From NCBI GenBank assembly GCA_963666935.1, contig OY762936.1, positions 1,283,949 to 1,347,948 on the forward strand: a DNA stretch of 64,000 bases, given 5' to 3'. The notes beneath the pieces are model-generated. The model was not told the origin of the DNA, searched no databases, and worked only from the letters and a program-made list of their open reading frames with translations. The DNA comes from Christensenellaceae bacterium (GTDB lineage Bacteria; Bacillota; Clostridia; Christensenellales; CAG-138). The translations under genes and the position numbers were made by a program. Position 1 is the first letter of the stretch. Each line of letters opens with the position of its first letter. Shown here piece by piece: positions 1 to 10,773 of the stretch.

Positions 1-986
1 CGCTCTTGGCTCGCTGTGGCAAGGCGGTATGTACATATCCGGGCGGTTGCGAAATCGGCAGCCGCCCCATCGACTTGCACCTCAAGGGTCTCTCGGCGCT
101 GGGTGTGGATATCACCGAGGAGTACGGGCAAATTGTCTGCACGGGGAAGGATATGCGCGGCGCGGATATTCATCTGGACTATCCCAGTGTGGGTGCTACC
201 GAAAATATCATGATGGCGGCTACGGCGGCAAGAGGTATAACCTGGATTCACAACGTGGCTAGGGAACCAGAAATCGAGGATCTGCAGGATTTTTTAAATG
301 GCATCGGCTGCCGGGTGGAAGGGGCGGGTACTTCGGACCTCTGCATTACGGGCGGCCGTAGCGGAGGGAAAATTCGAGAGCATACCGTGATCCCGGATCG
401 GATTGTGGCAGGAACCCTCCTGGCAGGGGCAGCCATCACGGGGGGAACCATCACGCTGGAAAATGCCTGTCCGGCGTATATGGGGAGCGTGCTTGCCAAA
501 CTGGCAGAGACCGGCTCCCAAATCGAGGTCTCAAAAGATCGAATCACCATAAAAGCGCCGGCGAGGCCGAGCGAAATCAAGCTCATTGAAACAATGCCCT
601 ATCCGGGCTTTCCCACAGATATGCAGGCACAGTTTTTTGCCCTGCTGACTGTGGCAGAAGGCACGTCGGTGGTGGTGGAAAACCTGTTTGAAAACCGGTT
701 TAAGCATGGGGCGGAGATGCTGCGCATGGGCGCAAAGTTCACCCTCAAGGACCGCGCGGCTGTGATTCGGGGCGTAAGGCAGCTCCGTGGTGCCCGGGTC
801 CATGCGCAAGATCTTCGCGGCGGTGCAGCGTTGGTGCTGGCAGGGCTTTGCGCCAAAGGCGTCACTGTGGTAGAAAACGCGGAGCATGTGGACCGGGGCT
901 ACGAAAGGCTCGAGGAGATGTTGGGCTCTTTGGGCGCCCAAATTACGAGAGAAGAAGATGAAGAAGACACGGAAGAAAGAGAATAG
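1..986 (+). CDS. murA: UDP-N-acetylglucosamine 1-carboxyvinyltransferase MurA, 5'-truncated by the window edge
   Basis: Translation of ORF 6..986 (PGGCEIGSRPIDLHLKGL ... DRGYERLEEML) reads as the C-terminal two thirds of MurA. The frame is open to the window start. The C-terminus is an acidic tail. Confidence 0.9.
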   Translation, partial: LLARCGKAVCTYPGGCEIGSRPIDLHLKGLSALGVDITEEYGQIVCTGKDMRGADIHLDYPSVGATENIMMAATAARGITWIHNVAREPEIEDLQDFLNGIGCRVEGAGTSDLCITGGRSGGKIREHTVIPDRIVAGTLLAGAAITGGTITLENACPAYMGSVLAKLAETGSQIEVSKDRITIKAPARPSEIKLIETMPYPGFPTDMQAQFFALLTVAEGTSVVVENLFENRFKHGAEMLRMGAKFTLKDRAAVIRGVRQLRGARVHAQDLRGGAALVLAGLCAKGVTVVENAEHVDRGYERLEEMLGSLGAQITREEDEEDTEERE

Positions 987-2151
987 TGCCGGGACAAAGC
1001 GCCCCGGTGCAAAAAAGAATGCAAGGCACGGTGAAAGAAAAACCATCGGGTCTTCCAGAAGTTCTTCTGTGGATATTGGCCGGGCGATCGAGCGCTATGG
1101 GGCGGTTGAGGTGATGCCCACGCTGGATGAAGCAACGCCGGAAACGGTAAAGCGGACAAGCCCGGGGAAAAAGCGCGCCCCCAAAAAGGCAAAAAAAGAG
1201 CTAAACATTTTTGGGGAGGCCGAAGAGCGTATCAGTGACTTCGAGGAAAAGGAAGAAGCGAAGGAGCCGATGCACAAAAGGGCAGTGATCGGTTTGGCTA
1301 TTCTGGCATTTGTCGTCATTTTCGTGGGTGCGCTGGTGGCGCTCAACGAGATGCTGATCGTTCAAACAATTGAGGTTTCCGGAAACGTGAATCTTGAACG
1401 GGCGGAAATTCTGACCACTTCTGGAATCAATGTGGGAGAACATATGTGGCTTATAAATCTGCGCGGCACCAAGGAAGCGCTGCAGGCAGATCCGCATATC
1501 AAAAGTGCAGCCATTAAGCGGGTGTACCCAGATACGCTGCGCATCGCCATCGTGGAGCGTGTCCCGCTGGCGGCCATCGTGGGAGCCGCTTCCACTACGC
1601 TCATTGACAAAGAGGGTTACGTGCTGGACATTGAGGGCAAGGGTGAGGCGCTGGATTTGATTCAGATCTATGGGATGGGCGCGCTGGCCTACAGTGTGGG
1701 CCGAAAGATTGATACCGAGGATGAATTCAACAGCGCGACGTTGCTCACCATTCTTTCCGCCCTCGAGAGCGAAGGACTCCTTGAAAACATAAAAAGTATG
1801 GATGTCTCCCAGCCCCTGAGCATTTTGCTTTATACTCACTCTGGTTATTGTGTGCACCTGGGTCAGCCGGAGGACGTGGGAGGGAAGCTTAAAAACCTTT
1901 CAAAAGTATTGCAAACGGCGGACTCCCTGGGGCTTGCGGGTGGGACGATCGACGTGGCGGTTCTGGGCGATCCGGTGTATTCTCCGCCCGAGAATCTGGT
2001 GCCGGAAACGTCCAGCGATCTTGCAGCAACGCCTTCCAATCTCCCCGGGGAAACCCCAAATCAGGAGGCCACGCCGGGAGATCTGAACGCCCAGGGCACG
2101 CCGGCTCCGGTCACGAGTACGGGCGAGGAAACCAGCGGATTCAGCGGATGA
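958..2151 (+). CDS. ftsQ: FtsQ/DivIB-type cell division protein (POTRA domain)
   Basis: Basic N-terminus, one TM helix (AVIGLAILAFVVIFVGALVAL), then a POTRA-like segment (IEVSGNVNLERAEIL...YPDTLRIAIVERVP). It sits between murA and ftsA. Start chosen at ATG 958 (MKKTRKK); the 886 start would lie deep inside murA. Confidence 0.75.
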   Translation: MKKTRKKENSAGTKRPGAKKNARHGERKTIGSSRSSSVDIGRAIERYGAVEVMPTLDEATPETVKRTSPGKKRAPKKAKKELNIFGEAEERISDFEEKEEAKEPMHKRAVIGLAILAFVVIFVGALVALNEMLIVQTIEVSGNVNLERAEILTTSGINVGEHMWLINLRGTKEALQADPHIKSAAIKRVYPDTLRIAIVERVPLAAIVGAASTTLIDKEGYVLDIEGKGEALDLIQIYGMGALAYSVGRKIDTEDEFNSATLLTILSALESEGLLENIKSMDVSQPLSILLYTHSGYCVHLGQPEDVGGKLKNLSKVLQTADSLGLAGGTIDVAVLGDPVYSPPENLVPETSSDLAATPSNLPGETPNQEATPGDLNAQGTPAPVTSTGEETSGFSG

Positions 2152-2280
2152 ACAGAATGGAACCGATTGTGGGATATCTTGTAAAAATATAGCAGGGGAT
2201 ATTGCACAAAATATAGTGGTGTGGTATCCTAAAATTACTAGTTAAAGTATGCAAAGTTGCGTGCGGAACAGGAAGGAAGA

Positions 2281-3465
2281 ATGAGTCAGTCTACTGCTGT
2301 GCTGGATATTGGCAGCACCAAGGTTATTTGCCTCATTTGCAGTCCGGATCACCGAGGCGGCATTCTTGTTCATGGCGCGGGAATTCACGAATATGACGGC
2401 TATAAAGAAGGCGAATTTCTCTCAGAACAGAAGCTTGGTGACGCGGTAACGGATGCAGTCGCCGTTGCAGAGGGAGAGGCCAAGACGCGCATTCGCGATC
2501 TTTCCGTGGGCGTGCCCGCGGCTTTTTCGAAACTGGTGTTAAGTCAGGGCAGCGCGGCGGTGGAAAACCGCAAAGGAAAAATTGACCGACGCACGGTGGA
2601 CGAGCTCATCGGCAATTCGCTCAACTTTGAAACGCCGGATGGTTATGCGCCGATGCATTCGACGCCTTTGGAATTCCAGATCAATGATGCAAAGTTTCGG
2701 GAGGTCCCTCTGGGGCATCCTGCGGAACGGCTGGATGCCACGGTATCGCATCTCTTCGTGGCGGAAAGCTTCAGGACGGTAATCTGTAAGGTTTTGGAGC
2801 GAACGGGTCTGGAGCCGGACTTATATATCTCGGTTCCGCTCTCGGAGGCCATGTTCATCATTCCAAAAGAGGAGCGAGAGGATTGCGCAGTTCTGATCGA
2901 TGTGGGCGGAAAACAGACAGATATCAGCCTGATTCGGGGCTCTGCGCTCATCGCAATGGAAACTCTGCCGCTGGGAGGAAGTCATTTCGCGTCGGATTTG
3001 GCCTACGGGCTGAACCTGCCGGTACAAGCCGGTGAAAGCGTGAAACGGCGATATGTTTATTCCCTGGATGATCAGGACAGCATAGATACTATACGTACGC
3101 CTGACGGTGCCATGGCGGTAGAGCATTCGGTCATACAATACATTATCGAGGCCCGCACAAAGGAACTGGGCAGCATGATCCTCACCTCCCTTCAGGGAAT
3201 GGGGGTGCGGATTCATGGTAGCCTGCCGGTGTATCTGACGGGAGGCGGCGTCTCGCTTATGCGGGGGAGTTGCGAGTGCCTGGAAAAGCTCACGGGGTTG
3301 AATATCAAGGTGCGTATGCCCTGGATGCCGCGGCTTTCCTCGCCCAATTACGCGAGTGCCTTTTCGGTGATCAACTTCGTAATGCATATGGAAGATGACG
3401 AAAGCATTGTACCCGCTGCACTTACCGGCGGATTATGGAAGCAACTATTGGATTTTTTTCGATAA
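2281..3465 (+). CDS. ftsA: Cell division protein FtsA (actin-like ATPase)
   Basis: AVLDIGSTKVICLI N-terminal phosphate-1 motif, LIDVGGKQTDISL and YLTGGG motifs. Directly upstream of ftsZ. GGAAGGA lies ahead of ATG 2281. Confidence 0.85.
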   Translation: MSQSTAVLDIGSTKVICLICSPDHRGGILVHGAGIHEYDGYKEGEFLSEQKLGDAVTDAVAVAEGEAKTRIRDLSVGVPAAFSKLVLSQGSAAVENRKGKIDRRTVDELIGNSLNFETPDGYAPMHSTPLEFQINDAKFREVPLGHPAERLDATVSHLFVAESFRTVICKVLERTGLEPDLYISVPLSEAMFIIPKEEREDCAVLIDVGGKQTDISLIRGSALIAMETLPLGGSHFASDLAYGLNLPVQAGESVKRRYVYSLDDQDSIDTIRTPDGAMAVEHSVIQYIIEARTKELGSMILTSLQGMGVRIHGSLPVYLTGGGVSLMRGSCECLEKLTGLNIKVRMPWMPRLSSPNYASAFSVINFVMHMEDDESIVPAALTGGLWKQLLDFFR

Positions 3466-3483
3466 GCTGAAGGAGGATATTAC

Positions 3484-4704
3484 ATGCCTATCGGTCTGGA
3501 ACTGGATTTTGAAAGCGGACAACTTGCCCAACTGAAAGTAGTTGGCGTGGGTGGCGCAGGTAACAACGCGGTGAACCGTATGATTCAATACGGCATACGC
3601 GGCGTTGAGTTTATTTCGGTGAATACGGATAAGCAGGCGCTGTATTTGTCCCGGGCCAACCAGAAAATACAGATCGGCGAGAAGCTCACCAAGGGCCTGG
3701 GCGCCGGAGCGGATCCGGAAATGGGCCGCAAGGCGGCGGAAGAGAGCCGAGATGCCATTACGGAAGCGTTACGCGGATCCGATATGGTCTTTATTACCGC
3801 GGGTATGGGCGGCGGCACCGGAACAGGCGCGGCGCCCGTTGTGGCAGAGTGCGCCAAAGAGTTGGGAATTCTCACAATCGGCGTGGTGACCAAGCCCTTC
3901 TCCTTCGAGGGCAAGGTTCGCATGAGCAATGCGGTAAACGGAATCATCAGCCTTAAGAACAACGTGGATACCCTTATCACCATTCCCAATGACAAATTGC
4001 TTGATACGGTAGGCAAAGTGAGCATGGTGGAGGCGTTCCGCATCGCGGATGACGTGTTGCGTCAGGGCATTCAGGGCATCAGCGATCTCATCGCGGTGCC
4101 TGCGCTGATCAATCTGGATTTCGCGGATGTGCGCACTATCATGAAGGAACGGGGCATGGCCCATATGGGCATTGGTACCGCCACAGGCGAAAAGCGCGCG
4201 TCGGAAGCAGCCCGGCAGGCAGTGGTAAGCCCGCTACTGGAAACCACCATCAACGGCGCCCGGGGCGTGCTCTTAAATATTACCGGCGGCAGCGATCTGG
4301 GCATTCACGAGGTGTCCGAAGCGGCGGAAATCATCCAGCAGTACGCGGATCCTGAAGCAAACATCATCTGGGGCGCCGGAATCGACGAAGAAATGGGCGA
4401 AGGCGTGCGCATTACCGTCATTGCCACGGGCTTTGATTCCGACTATGCGCCGGGTAAGGATAAGAATAATAGCATCAAAAAGGATGTCAAAGCGTCTCCT
4501 TCCAATTCCGTGCGTAAAGAGCTCAAATTTGGGAATTTCTGGGAGCAGCCCAGAAGCAATAAAGTGCCCGAATACAAGGATTCCGATCCTGTGGAGGAAA
4601 GTGTTTCGAAGCCCTATACCAAGGACGACCTGCCCAAGACTGATTATAATCCCAAAGATCGCAGCAATTTGGATCTCCCTGCGTTTTTAAGGAATAAAGA
4701 CTAA
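3484..4704 (+). CDS. ftsZ: Cell division GTPase FtsZ
   Basis: Contains the [11 protein letters not shown] tubulin signature. [15 protein letters not shown]-terminus and a C-terminal DLPAFLR peptide. AGGAGG precedes the start. Confidence 0.97.
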   Translation: MPIGLELDFESGQLAQLKVVGVGGAGNNAVNRMIQYGIRGVEFISVNTDKQALYLSRANQKIQIGEKLTKGLGAGADPEMGRKAAEESRDAITEALRGSDMVFITAGMGGGTGTGAAPVVAECAKELGILTIGVVTKPFSFEGKVRMSNAVNGIISLKNNVDTLITIPNDKLLDTVGKVSMVEAFRIADDVLRQGIQGISDLIAVPALINLDFADVRTIMKERGMAHMGIGTATGEKRASEAARQAVVSPLLETTINGARGVLLNITGGSDLGIHEVSEAAEIIQQYADPEANIIWGAGIDEEMGEGVRITVIATGFDSDYAPGKDKNNSIKKDVKASPSNSVRKELKFGNFWEQPRSNKVPEYKDSDPVEESVSKPYTKDDLPKTDYNPKDRSNLDLPAFLRNKD

Positions 4705-4745
4705 AAAGCGGGCAGGCCCGCTATGGATTGACCGAAAGTTTTCAA

Positions 4746-4779
4746 GGGGGCGGTAGTATGATTTACCGTCCCCCGTTTT
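4746..4779 (+). terminator. Rho-independent terminator candidate downstream of ftsZ
   Basis: GGGGGCGGTA / TACCG(T)CCCCC stem with one bulge, followed by GTTTTC. Confidence 0.55.
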
Positions 4780-4803
4780 CAAATAACTGCCGGGAGCGCG
4801 GGC

Positions 4804-4833
4804 TTGCGTGGGAACAGGCCGATAGGGTATAAT
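4804..4833 (+). promoter_or_regulatory. Sigma-A-type promoter candidate for pth-mfd
   Basis: TTGCGT (4804-4809), 18-nt spacer, TATAAT (4828-4833). An imperfect hairpin follows in the leader. Confidence 0.45.
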
Positions 4834-4893
4834 ACCTGCAAGGCCCCTCATGTTGGAAATATGAGGGCTTGCGTGCGTGGAGGAAAATAAAGG

Positions 4894-5496
4894 ATGTACA
4901 TTATCGTAGGTCTGGGTAATCCCGGCAAGGAGTATGTGAATACCCGGCACAACGCGGGTTTCATGACGCTGGACATTCTGGCGGACCGATGGAGCATAGA
5001 AATAAAGAGGCACAACTTCCGTTCGGTGTTCGGGGAAGGCATTGTGGACGGAAAAAAAGTGGTATTGGCCAAGCCGGAGACCTTTATGAATCTTTCTGGC
5101 TTTGCGGTCATGGATTTGGTGAACTGGTATAAGCCGGAGCATCATGAACTCATCGTGCTCTACGACGATGCGGATATTCCGCTGGGCACAGTGCGGATTC
5201 GGAGCGGCGGTTCTTCCGGAACCCACAACGGTATGAAAAGCATCATCTACCAGCTTGGATTCGACGATTTTCCGCGGGTTCGCGTGGGCATTGGCGAGGC
5301 AGGTCAAAGGGGCATGATTGCCCATGTGCTGGGGGCGGTTTCCGGTTCAGACCGGGAAACCCTGGTCAAAGCCATGGAGGATGCTGCAACTGCGGCACAG
5401 ATGATTGCTTCAGGAAAGCTAATGGAAGCACAGGCACGCTTCAATCAGCGGCCCCCCAAAGAAAAAGGGGAGCGGGAAGAGGAGAACGAGGTTTGA
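4894..5496 (+). CDS. pth: Peptidyl-tRNA hydrolase
   Basis: MYIIVGLGNPGKEY..TRHNAGF N-terminus is typical of Pth. An extended Lys/Glu-rich C-tail overlaps the mfd start. Confidence 0.93.
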   Translation: MYIIVGLGNPGKEYVNTRHNAGFMTLDILADRWSIEIKRHNFRSVFGEGIVDGKKVVLAKPETFMNLSGFAVMDLVNWYKPEHHELIVLYDDADIPLGTVRIRSGGSSGTHNGMKSIIYQLGFDDFPRVRVGIGEAGQRGMIAHVLGAVSGSDRETLVKAMEDAATAAQMIASGKLMEAQARFNQRPPKEKGEREEENEV

Positions 5497-8400
5497 CAGA
5501 ACCGATATTGCGAATACTGGAAACCCATCCGGAATATCTGCGGCTGCGGGAAGCACTGCAGCGGGGCGAGGGCCCTGTAAGCATATTCGGGCTGGGAGAG
5601 GGAAACAAGGGGCACGTGGCTGCCGCGCTAGCGGAAAGCACAGGAATGCCTCTTGTTGTGGTGGAGCCAAACGAGGTGAGCGCTGCCCGGTTTGCCGATG
5701 ATTTTCCAGGGAAGGCGCTGCATTTCCCTGCCCGTGAGCTTCTGCTCTCTGAGCGGAGCTATGCCGTGAGCGACAACCTTCAGGCTCGGCGAGTGGCCGT
5801 GCTGTCCGCCTTGGCGGAAGGGGCCAAGCCGGTACTGGTGGTGTCGATTGAGGCGCTGCTGCAAAGGGTGGCACCGCCGGAAGCGTTCGCGGCGGCCACT
5901 AAAAGCGTTGCGCCGGGGGATGTATTACAGCCTCAGGCGCTCCTTCGAGGGCTGGTGGCGGCGGGCTACGAGCGCACGGAGCAGTGCGAGGATCGGGGGC
6001 AGGTCTGCCTTCGGGGCGGCTATGTGGATGTGTTCCCCATAAATGCGGAAAATCCGGTGCGGGTCGAGTTCTTTGATGATGAGGTGGATACGCTTCGCAG
6101 CTATGATCCCCTTACCCAACGTTCCCTTGAAACCCTTTCGGGGGTGGTAATTCCTCCGGCCACGGAGCTTCCTTTGGACGAAGGTGCCCGGCGCCGGGGC
6201 CTAGCGGCCATAGATGATAGGAAAAATTTGGAGGAAGAGGCCGAACGAATCCGGGCGGGCGGCGGGCCGAAAAATCCGGCGTTGCTGCTACCCTTCTTTT
6301 ATCCGGAGGAATATACGCTTTTAAACTATCTCTCCGGGGCAATCATCTTGCTGGATGAGCCCTCCCGCATCGAGGAGAGTGCCAAAGTAATCTACGGAGA
6401 GTTTCTGGAAACCCTGTCCGCTCTCATCCGGGCGGGCGAAGCGGAAAACGAGCAGGCAACGCTCATGTTCAGTCCGTTGGAAACCATCTCCGCCCTAGGC
6501 ACGAGGCGTACGGCGGTGCTCTCAGCGCTGAGCCGCACCTACGGGCTTATTGCACCAAAGGTGGTATGCCGGTTTGAAACCAGGTCGATCTCAAACTATG
6601 TGGGCCGGGAAGATCTGTTGGTAGAAGATATCGCGGCCTGGCGCAGAGCGGGCGTCACGGTGTTGCTTTACGCGGGCCCCCACGCCCAAAGGCTGCAGGA
6701 TGGGCTTGCGGATGCGGGCGTAATTGCGCCGGTTAAAGAGCGGCTGGATCGGGAAATCGTAAAGGGCGAGCTTCTGATTTTAGGAGAAAGCCTGAGCCGG
6801 GGTATGGAATATCCGGAGCTTTCTCTTTCGGTGGTTACGGAAAGGGAGCTGTATGGCGCGGAGCGCAAGCGGCCGGAAGGTAAGCGGCGCAAGCGGCCGC
6901 AACTGGCCTTTTCCGAACTGGCAGAGGGGGACCTCGTGGTCCATGAGCTCTACGGCGTCGGTCGGTTCAAGGGCATTAAAACTCTGACGGTAGGCGGTGT
7001 GCAAAAGGATTATCTACATCTGGTCTACGCCGGTGGCGATAAGCTCTATATCCCTACGGATCAGCTGGATCGGGTGCAAAAGTACATCGGCGGCGAGGAA
7101 GCGGATACGAGGCTTTCCAAGCTGGGCAGCGGGGAATGGCAAAAGACGGTCTCAAAAACCCGGGAGAGCGTTAAGAAACTGGCCATCGACCTTGCGAAGC
7201 TCTACGGAGAGCGAAAAAAGCAAAAGGGCTTTGCGTTTGCGCCGGACAATGCATGGCAGCGGCGCATGGAGGAAACCTTCCCCTACGAGGAAACGCCCGA
7301 TCAGCTTACCTGTATCGAGCAAATCAAGGAGGATATGGAAAGCGGCAAAGTGATGGATCGGCTGCTCTGCGGGGACGTAGGCTATGGGAAGACCGAGGTG
7401 GCGCTTCGGGCGGCCTTCAAAGCGGTGCTTTCGGGCAAACAGGTGGCAATTCTGGTACCCACCACCATTCTTGCCCAGCAGCATTACAGCACCATTGCCG
7501 CTCGATTTACAGGATTCCCAGTAAACGTGGAAATACTCTCACGATTCAAGAGCAATAAGGAACAGAAAGTTATTCTAGACGGGCTAAAAAAGGGTACGGT
7601 GGATGTGGTGGTGGGGACCCATAAGCTCCTATCCCCATCGGTTAAGTTCAAGGATTTGGGTCTACTCGTCGTGGATGAGGAACAGCGCTTCGGCGTGGGT
7701 CACAAGGAGCAAATCAAAAATATCAAACAGAATGTGGACGTGCTGACGCTTTCGGCAACGCCGATTCCGCGCACATTACATATGTCTATGACCCGTATTC
7801 GGGATATGTCCGTCATCGAAACGCCGCCGGCCCAACGGTATCCGGTGCAGACGTATGTGATGGAATATAGCAACGCCATCGTGCGTGAGGCCATTTTGAA
7901 GGAACTTGGCCGGGGCGGGCAAGTGTATTATGTTTACAATCATGTGCGTAAAATGGAGCACTTTGCCGCAGCCCTTCGGGAATTGGTGCCAGAGGCTCGA
8001 ATTGCCTTTGCGCATGGGCAGATGAACGAACGGGTACTGGAAAAAACCATGTTGGAGTTCATGGATAAGCAGTATGACGTGCTGCTGTGCAGCACCATTA
8101 TCGAAAGCGGACTGGATATTCAGAACGTGAACACTATCATCATTTACGATGCGGATGCTATGGGCCTCTCCCAGCTTTACCAGCTTCGGGGCCGCGTGGG
8201 CAGAGGCATACGGCTGGGCTATGCGTACCTCATGTTCCGCAGGGATAAAGTGCTCAATGAGAATGCGGAAAAGCGGCTGACGGCCATTGGGGAAATGACC
8301 CAGTTCGGCTCAGGCTTCAAAATCGCCATGCGGGATCTGGAAATCCGCGGCGCGGGAAACATTCTGGGGCCGGAGCAGCATGGTCACATGGCGGCGGTTG

Positions 8401-8987
8401 GATATGATTTTTATTGTAAAATCGTTGACAGCGCAGTGAAAGAGGCGCAGGGCGAGCCCGCCAGAAAAGAAGTGGATACCGTAATGGACGTTCCAATCCC
8501 TGCCAGCATACCAAGGATGTATATCCCGCGGGAAGCGGATCGGCTGGCCATGTATAAACGCATTGCCATGATTGGGGAAAAAACGGATCTTTACGACGTG
8601 CAGGATGAGCTGATCGACCGTTACGGCGAAATCCCGGCGGAGGTGGAAAACCTGCTGTACATCGCCCTTTTAAAGGTGGATGCATCCCGCGCCTATGTCA
8701 GCCAGCTTCTGGTGAAGGATGGGGAGGTGCGCCTAACGTTTCAGCCGGACGCGCCCATGGACGGCGGCAAGCTTTTGCAAACGGCGCAAAAAATTCCAGG
8801 CGCGCAGTTCCTGTTCAATGCCGAAATGCCCGCGCTGGTAATCCGCCGGAAAGCGGAAATCAAGGATTTCTTAGGGGAGTTGCCACAGATTGTTAACATG
8901 CTGTGCAATTGCATTGACTCGCAATCATGTTATAATGAGTCGAGATTAAAATCGGACACAGTCCGGGAGATGGAGAATATTGAATGA
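5493..8987 (+). CDS. mfd: Transcription-repair coupling factor Mfd
   Basis: 1164 aa. Helicase motifs GDVGYGKTEVA, DEEQRFG, TATPIPRT and QLRGRVGR, plus an N-terminal UvrB-like region. TTG start overlaps the pth stop. Confidence 0.95.
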   Translation: MTEPILRILETHPEYLRLREALQRGEGPVSIFGLGEGNKGHVAAALAESTGMPLVVVEPNEVSAARFADDFPGKALHFPARELLLSERSYAVSDNLQARRVAVLSALAEGAKPVLVVSIEALLQRVAPPEAFAAATKSVAPGDVLQPQALLRGLVAAGYERTEQCEDRGQVCLRGGYVDVFPINAENPVRVEFFDDEVDTLRSYDPLTQRSLETLSGVVIPPATELPLDEGARRRGLAAIDDRKNLEEEAERIRAGGGPKNPALLLPFFYPEEYTLLNYLSGAIILLDEPSRIEESAKVIYGEFLETLSALIRAGEAENEQATLMFSPLETISALGTRRTAVLSALSRTYGLIAPKVVCRFETRSISNYVGREDLLVEDIAAWRRAGVTVLLYAGPHAQRLQDGLADAGVIAPVKERLDREIVKGELLILGESLSRGMEYPELSLSVVTERELYGAERKRPEGKRRKRPQLAFSELAEGDLVVHELYGVGRFKGIKTLTVGGVQKDYLHLVYAGGDKLYIPTDQLDRVQKYIGGEEADTRLSKLGSGEWQKTVSKTRESVKKLAIDLAKLYGERKKQKGFAFAPDNAWQRRMEETFPYEETPDQLTCIEQIKEDMESGKVMDRLLCGDVGYGKTEVALRAAFKAVLSGKQVAILVPTTILAQQHYSTIAARFTGFPVNVEILSRFKSNKEQKVILDGLKKGTVDVVVGTHKLLSPSVKFKDLGLLVVDEEQRFGVGHKEQIKNIKQNVDVLTLSATPIPRTLHMSMTRIRDMSVIETPPAQRYPVQTYVMEYSNAIVREAILKELGRGGQVYYVYNHVRKMEHFAAALRELVPEARIAFAHGQMNERVLEKTMLEFMDKQYDVLLCSTIIESGLDIQNVNTIIIYDADAMGLSQLYQLRGRVGRGIRLGYAYLMFRRDKVLNENAEKRLTAIGEMTQFGSGFKIAMRDLEIRGAGNILGPEQHGHMAAVGYDFYCKIVDSAVKEAQGEPARKEVDTVMDVPIPASIPRMYIPREADRLAMYKRIAMIGEKTDLYDVQDELIDRYGEIPAEVENLLYIALLKVDASRAYVSQLLVKDGEVRLTFQPDAPMDGGKLLQTAQKIPGAQFLFNAEMPALVIRRKAEIKDFLGELPQIVNMLCNCIDSQSCYNESRLKSDTVREMENIE

Positions 8988-10426
8988 AAAGAACCGTTGC
9001 TCTGCTGCTTACTCTCATCATGTCGCTGTCCCTCCTTGCGGGGGGCTGCAGCATCTTGAAAAATGGGGAAGCAGCTCTGTCTGAATTGTCGAAGGGCACC
9101 CCTTCTAATGCATCCACCGCCAGTGATGACCAGCTTATTGTGGCCCAAGTGGGTGATGAAGTGGTGACCTATGACGAATATGCGGAAAAGTTCAACATGT
9201 ACGTGGCCTATTCCCAAAGCTACGGATATGATATCCTTTCCGATCCGAATAAGCTTGCGGCTACAGAAGATTCCATTATTGATATTCTAGTGGAGGAAAA
9301 AGTTCTGGCGTACCAGACTGCGCAGGCAGGCGTCGATGTCTTGGATGCCGCGCATGCCGTGGAGGTTGAGCAGAATGTAAACAATGAAATCGAGACTTTC
9401 CACGATCTCTATTTGGAGGAGGCGCAGGCTCGGGTTGCGGAGGATGCCACGCTGGATCTGGAGGAAACCATCAAAACCGTCGTGGCGGAGAATAGCGCCA
9501 TCTATACCGGGCAACTGATGTCCTATGACGCATTCATCCAATGGATTACGGACTATTACACAGATGTGTCTCTGCAGGATATGTTCCGGGAGCAATACCT
9601 TGCCGACGAGATCAATGTTACCATCAGTGATGAAGACATTCAGGCGTGGTATGAAACCGCGCTTGTGAGCACGCAGGCAAACTATGACGAGGACGGTGGC
9701 CTATATAAAGACGATCAGGAGTATGTAGAAATGTACGGCGGAGAGCCAGTGGTTTATGTGCCCGAAGGATACAGCCGCGTGCTTCATATTCTCATTGCCC
9801 CCCAGGGGGAAATGCCTGCGGAATACACCGAGAAACTCAACGCCATGGAGAATCTCAAGACTGAGTATGGCGAACTGGCCTTTAATGCCAAGTTGAGCGG
9901 TGCAGATAACGCGGCCCGCATGGATGCGGTCTTAAAGGAATATGTGCAGCTGCAAAAAGAGGCGCTGGCGATTGAGGATGCTCACTATGCCGATGCAAAT
10001 GCCCGCGCACAAGAGGCTCACGACAAGCTGGAGGCCGGAGAGGACTTTGCCTCCGTCATGGCGGAATATACCGAGGATGATTATATGCTCTCCTACGACA
10101 CTCTGGCCAAAAAGGGCCTGCTGATCAGCAACAAGTATGTGAGCGGCCTAGATTGGTCCGATGCCGTCAAGCTCGCCTTTGCGGCGCTGCGCCCGGGTGA
10201 ATACTCGAATATTATCATGGACGTTGATGGCTGCCATATCCTCTATTATCTATCCGATGAAACAGCGGGGAAAGTTTCGCTGGAGGACATTCGATCCGAG
10301 ATCACTCCTGTGCTTCTCGCAGAAGCACAGGATGCCGCTTGGAGTGAGGCTGTCGACGAGTGGAAGAATGCTGACAACGTGGTTATCAACGAAGAACTGG
10401 TGCGCAGCATCGGCGAAGTGAAGTAA
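8984..10426 (+). CDS. PrsA/SurA-like lipoprotein with degenerate parvulin (PpiC) PPIase domain
   Basis: Lipobox LLAGGC after the signal peptide. C-terminal segment FASVMAEYTEDD...GEYSNIIMDVDGCHILYY resembles a PpiC rotamase domain. ATGA overlap with the mfd stop. Confidence 0.6.
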   Translation: MKRTVALLLTLIMSLSLLAGGCSILKNGEAALSELSKGTPSNASTASDDQLIVAQVGDEVVTYDEYAEKFNMYVAYSQSYGYDILSDPNKLAATEDSIIDILVEEKVLAYQTAQAGVDVLDAAHAVEVEQNVNNEIETFHDLYLEEAQARVAEDATLDLEETIKTVVAENSAIYTGQLMSYDAFIQWITDYYTDVSLQDMFREQYLADEINVTISDEDIQAWYETALVSTQANYDEDGGLYKDDQEYVEMYGGEPVVYVPEGYSRVLHILIAPQGEMPAEYTEKLNAMENLKTEYGELAFNAKLSGADNAARMDAVLKEYVQLQKEALAIEDAHYADANARAQEAHDKLEAGEDFASVMAEYTEDDYMLSYDTLAKKGLLISNKYVSGLDWSDAVKLAFAALRPGEYSNIIMDVDGCHILYYLSDETAGKVSLEDIRSEITPVLLAEAQDAAWSEAVDEWKNADNVVINEELVRSIGEVK

Positions 10427-10441
10427 TTCGGAAAAGAAAAA

Positions 10442-10472
10442 GGGGCGGGCTATCCGCCCTCTTTGTTTTTTT
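10442..10472 (+). terminator. Rho-independent terminator
   Basis: GGGCGG / CCGCCC stem with a 5-nt loop, followed by TCTTTGTTTTTTT. Confidence 0.6.
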
Positions 10473-10519
10473 GGATACATATGGTATGCTGTTTTTAACA
10501 ATGCGCAAGGAGGAATTGC

Positions 10520-10771
10520 ATGCGTCTTGACAAATATCTGAAGGTATCCCGCATCATCAAGCGCCGCACGGTGGCAAACGAAGCCTGCGGCTTGGGCCGG
10601 GTGCAGATTAACGGGCGGCCGGCCAAAGCCGGTGCTGAAGTCAAAGAAGGCGATGAACTGGATATTCTCATGGCCGGCAAACATTTTACGGTACGGATCA
10701 CTTCCGTGCGGGAATATGCGGGCAAGGCCGACGCTTCTGAGATGTATGAAGTGATCTCAAAGGGGGAATAG
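10520..10771 (+). CDS. yabO: S4-domain RNA-binding protein (YabO/Hsp15-like)
   Basis: MRLDKYLKVSRIIKRRTVA...V.INGRPAKAG is the S4 alpha-L motif. 83 aa. Confidence 0.8.
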   Translation: MRLDKYLKVSRIIKRRTVANEACGLGRVQINGRPAKAGAEVKEGDELDILMAGKHFTVRITSVREYAGKADASEMYEVISKGE

Positions 10772-10773
10772 GC

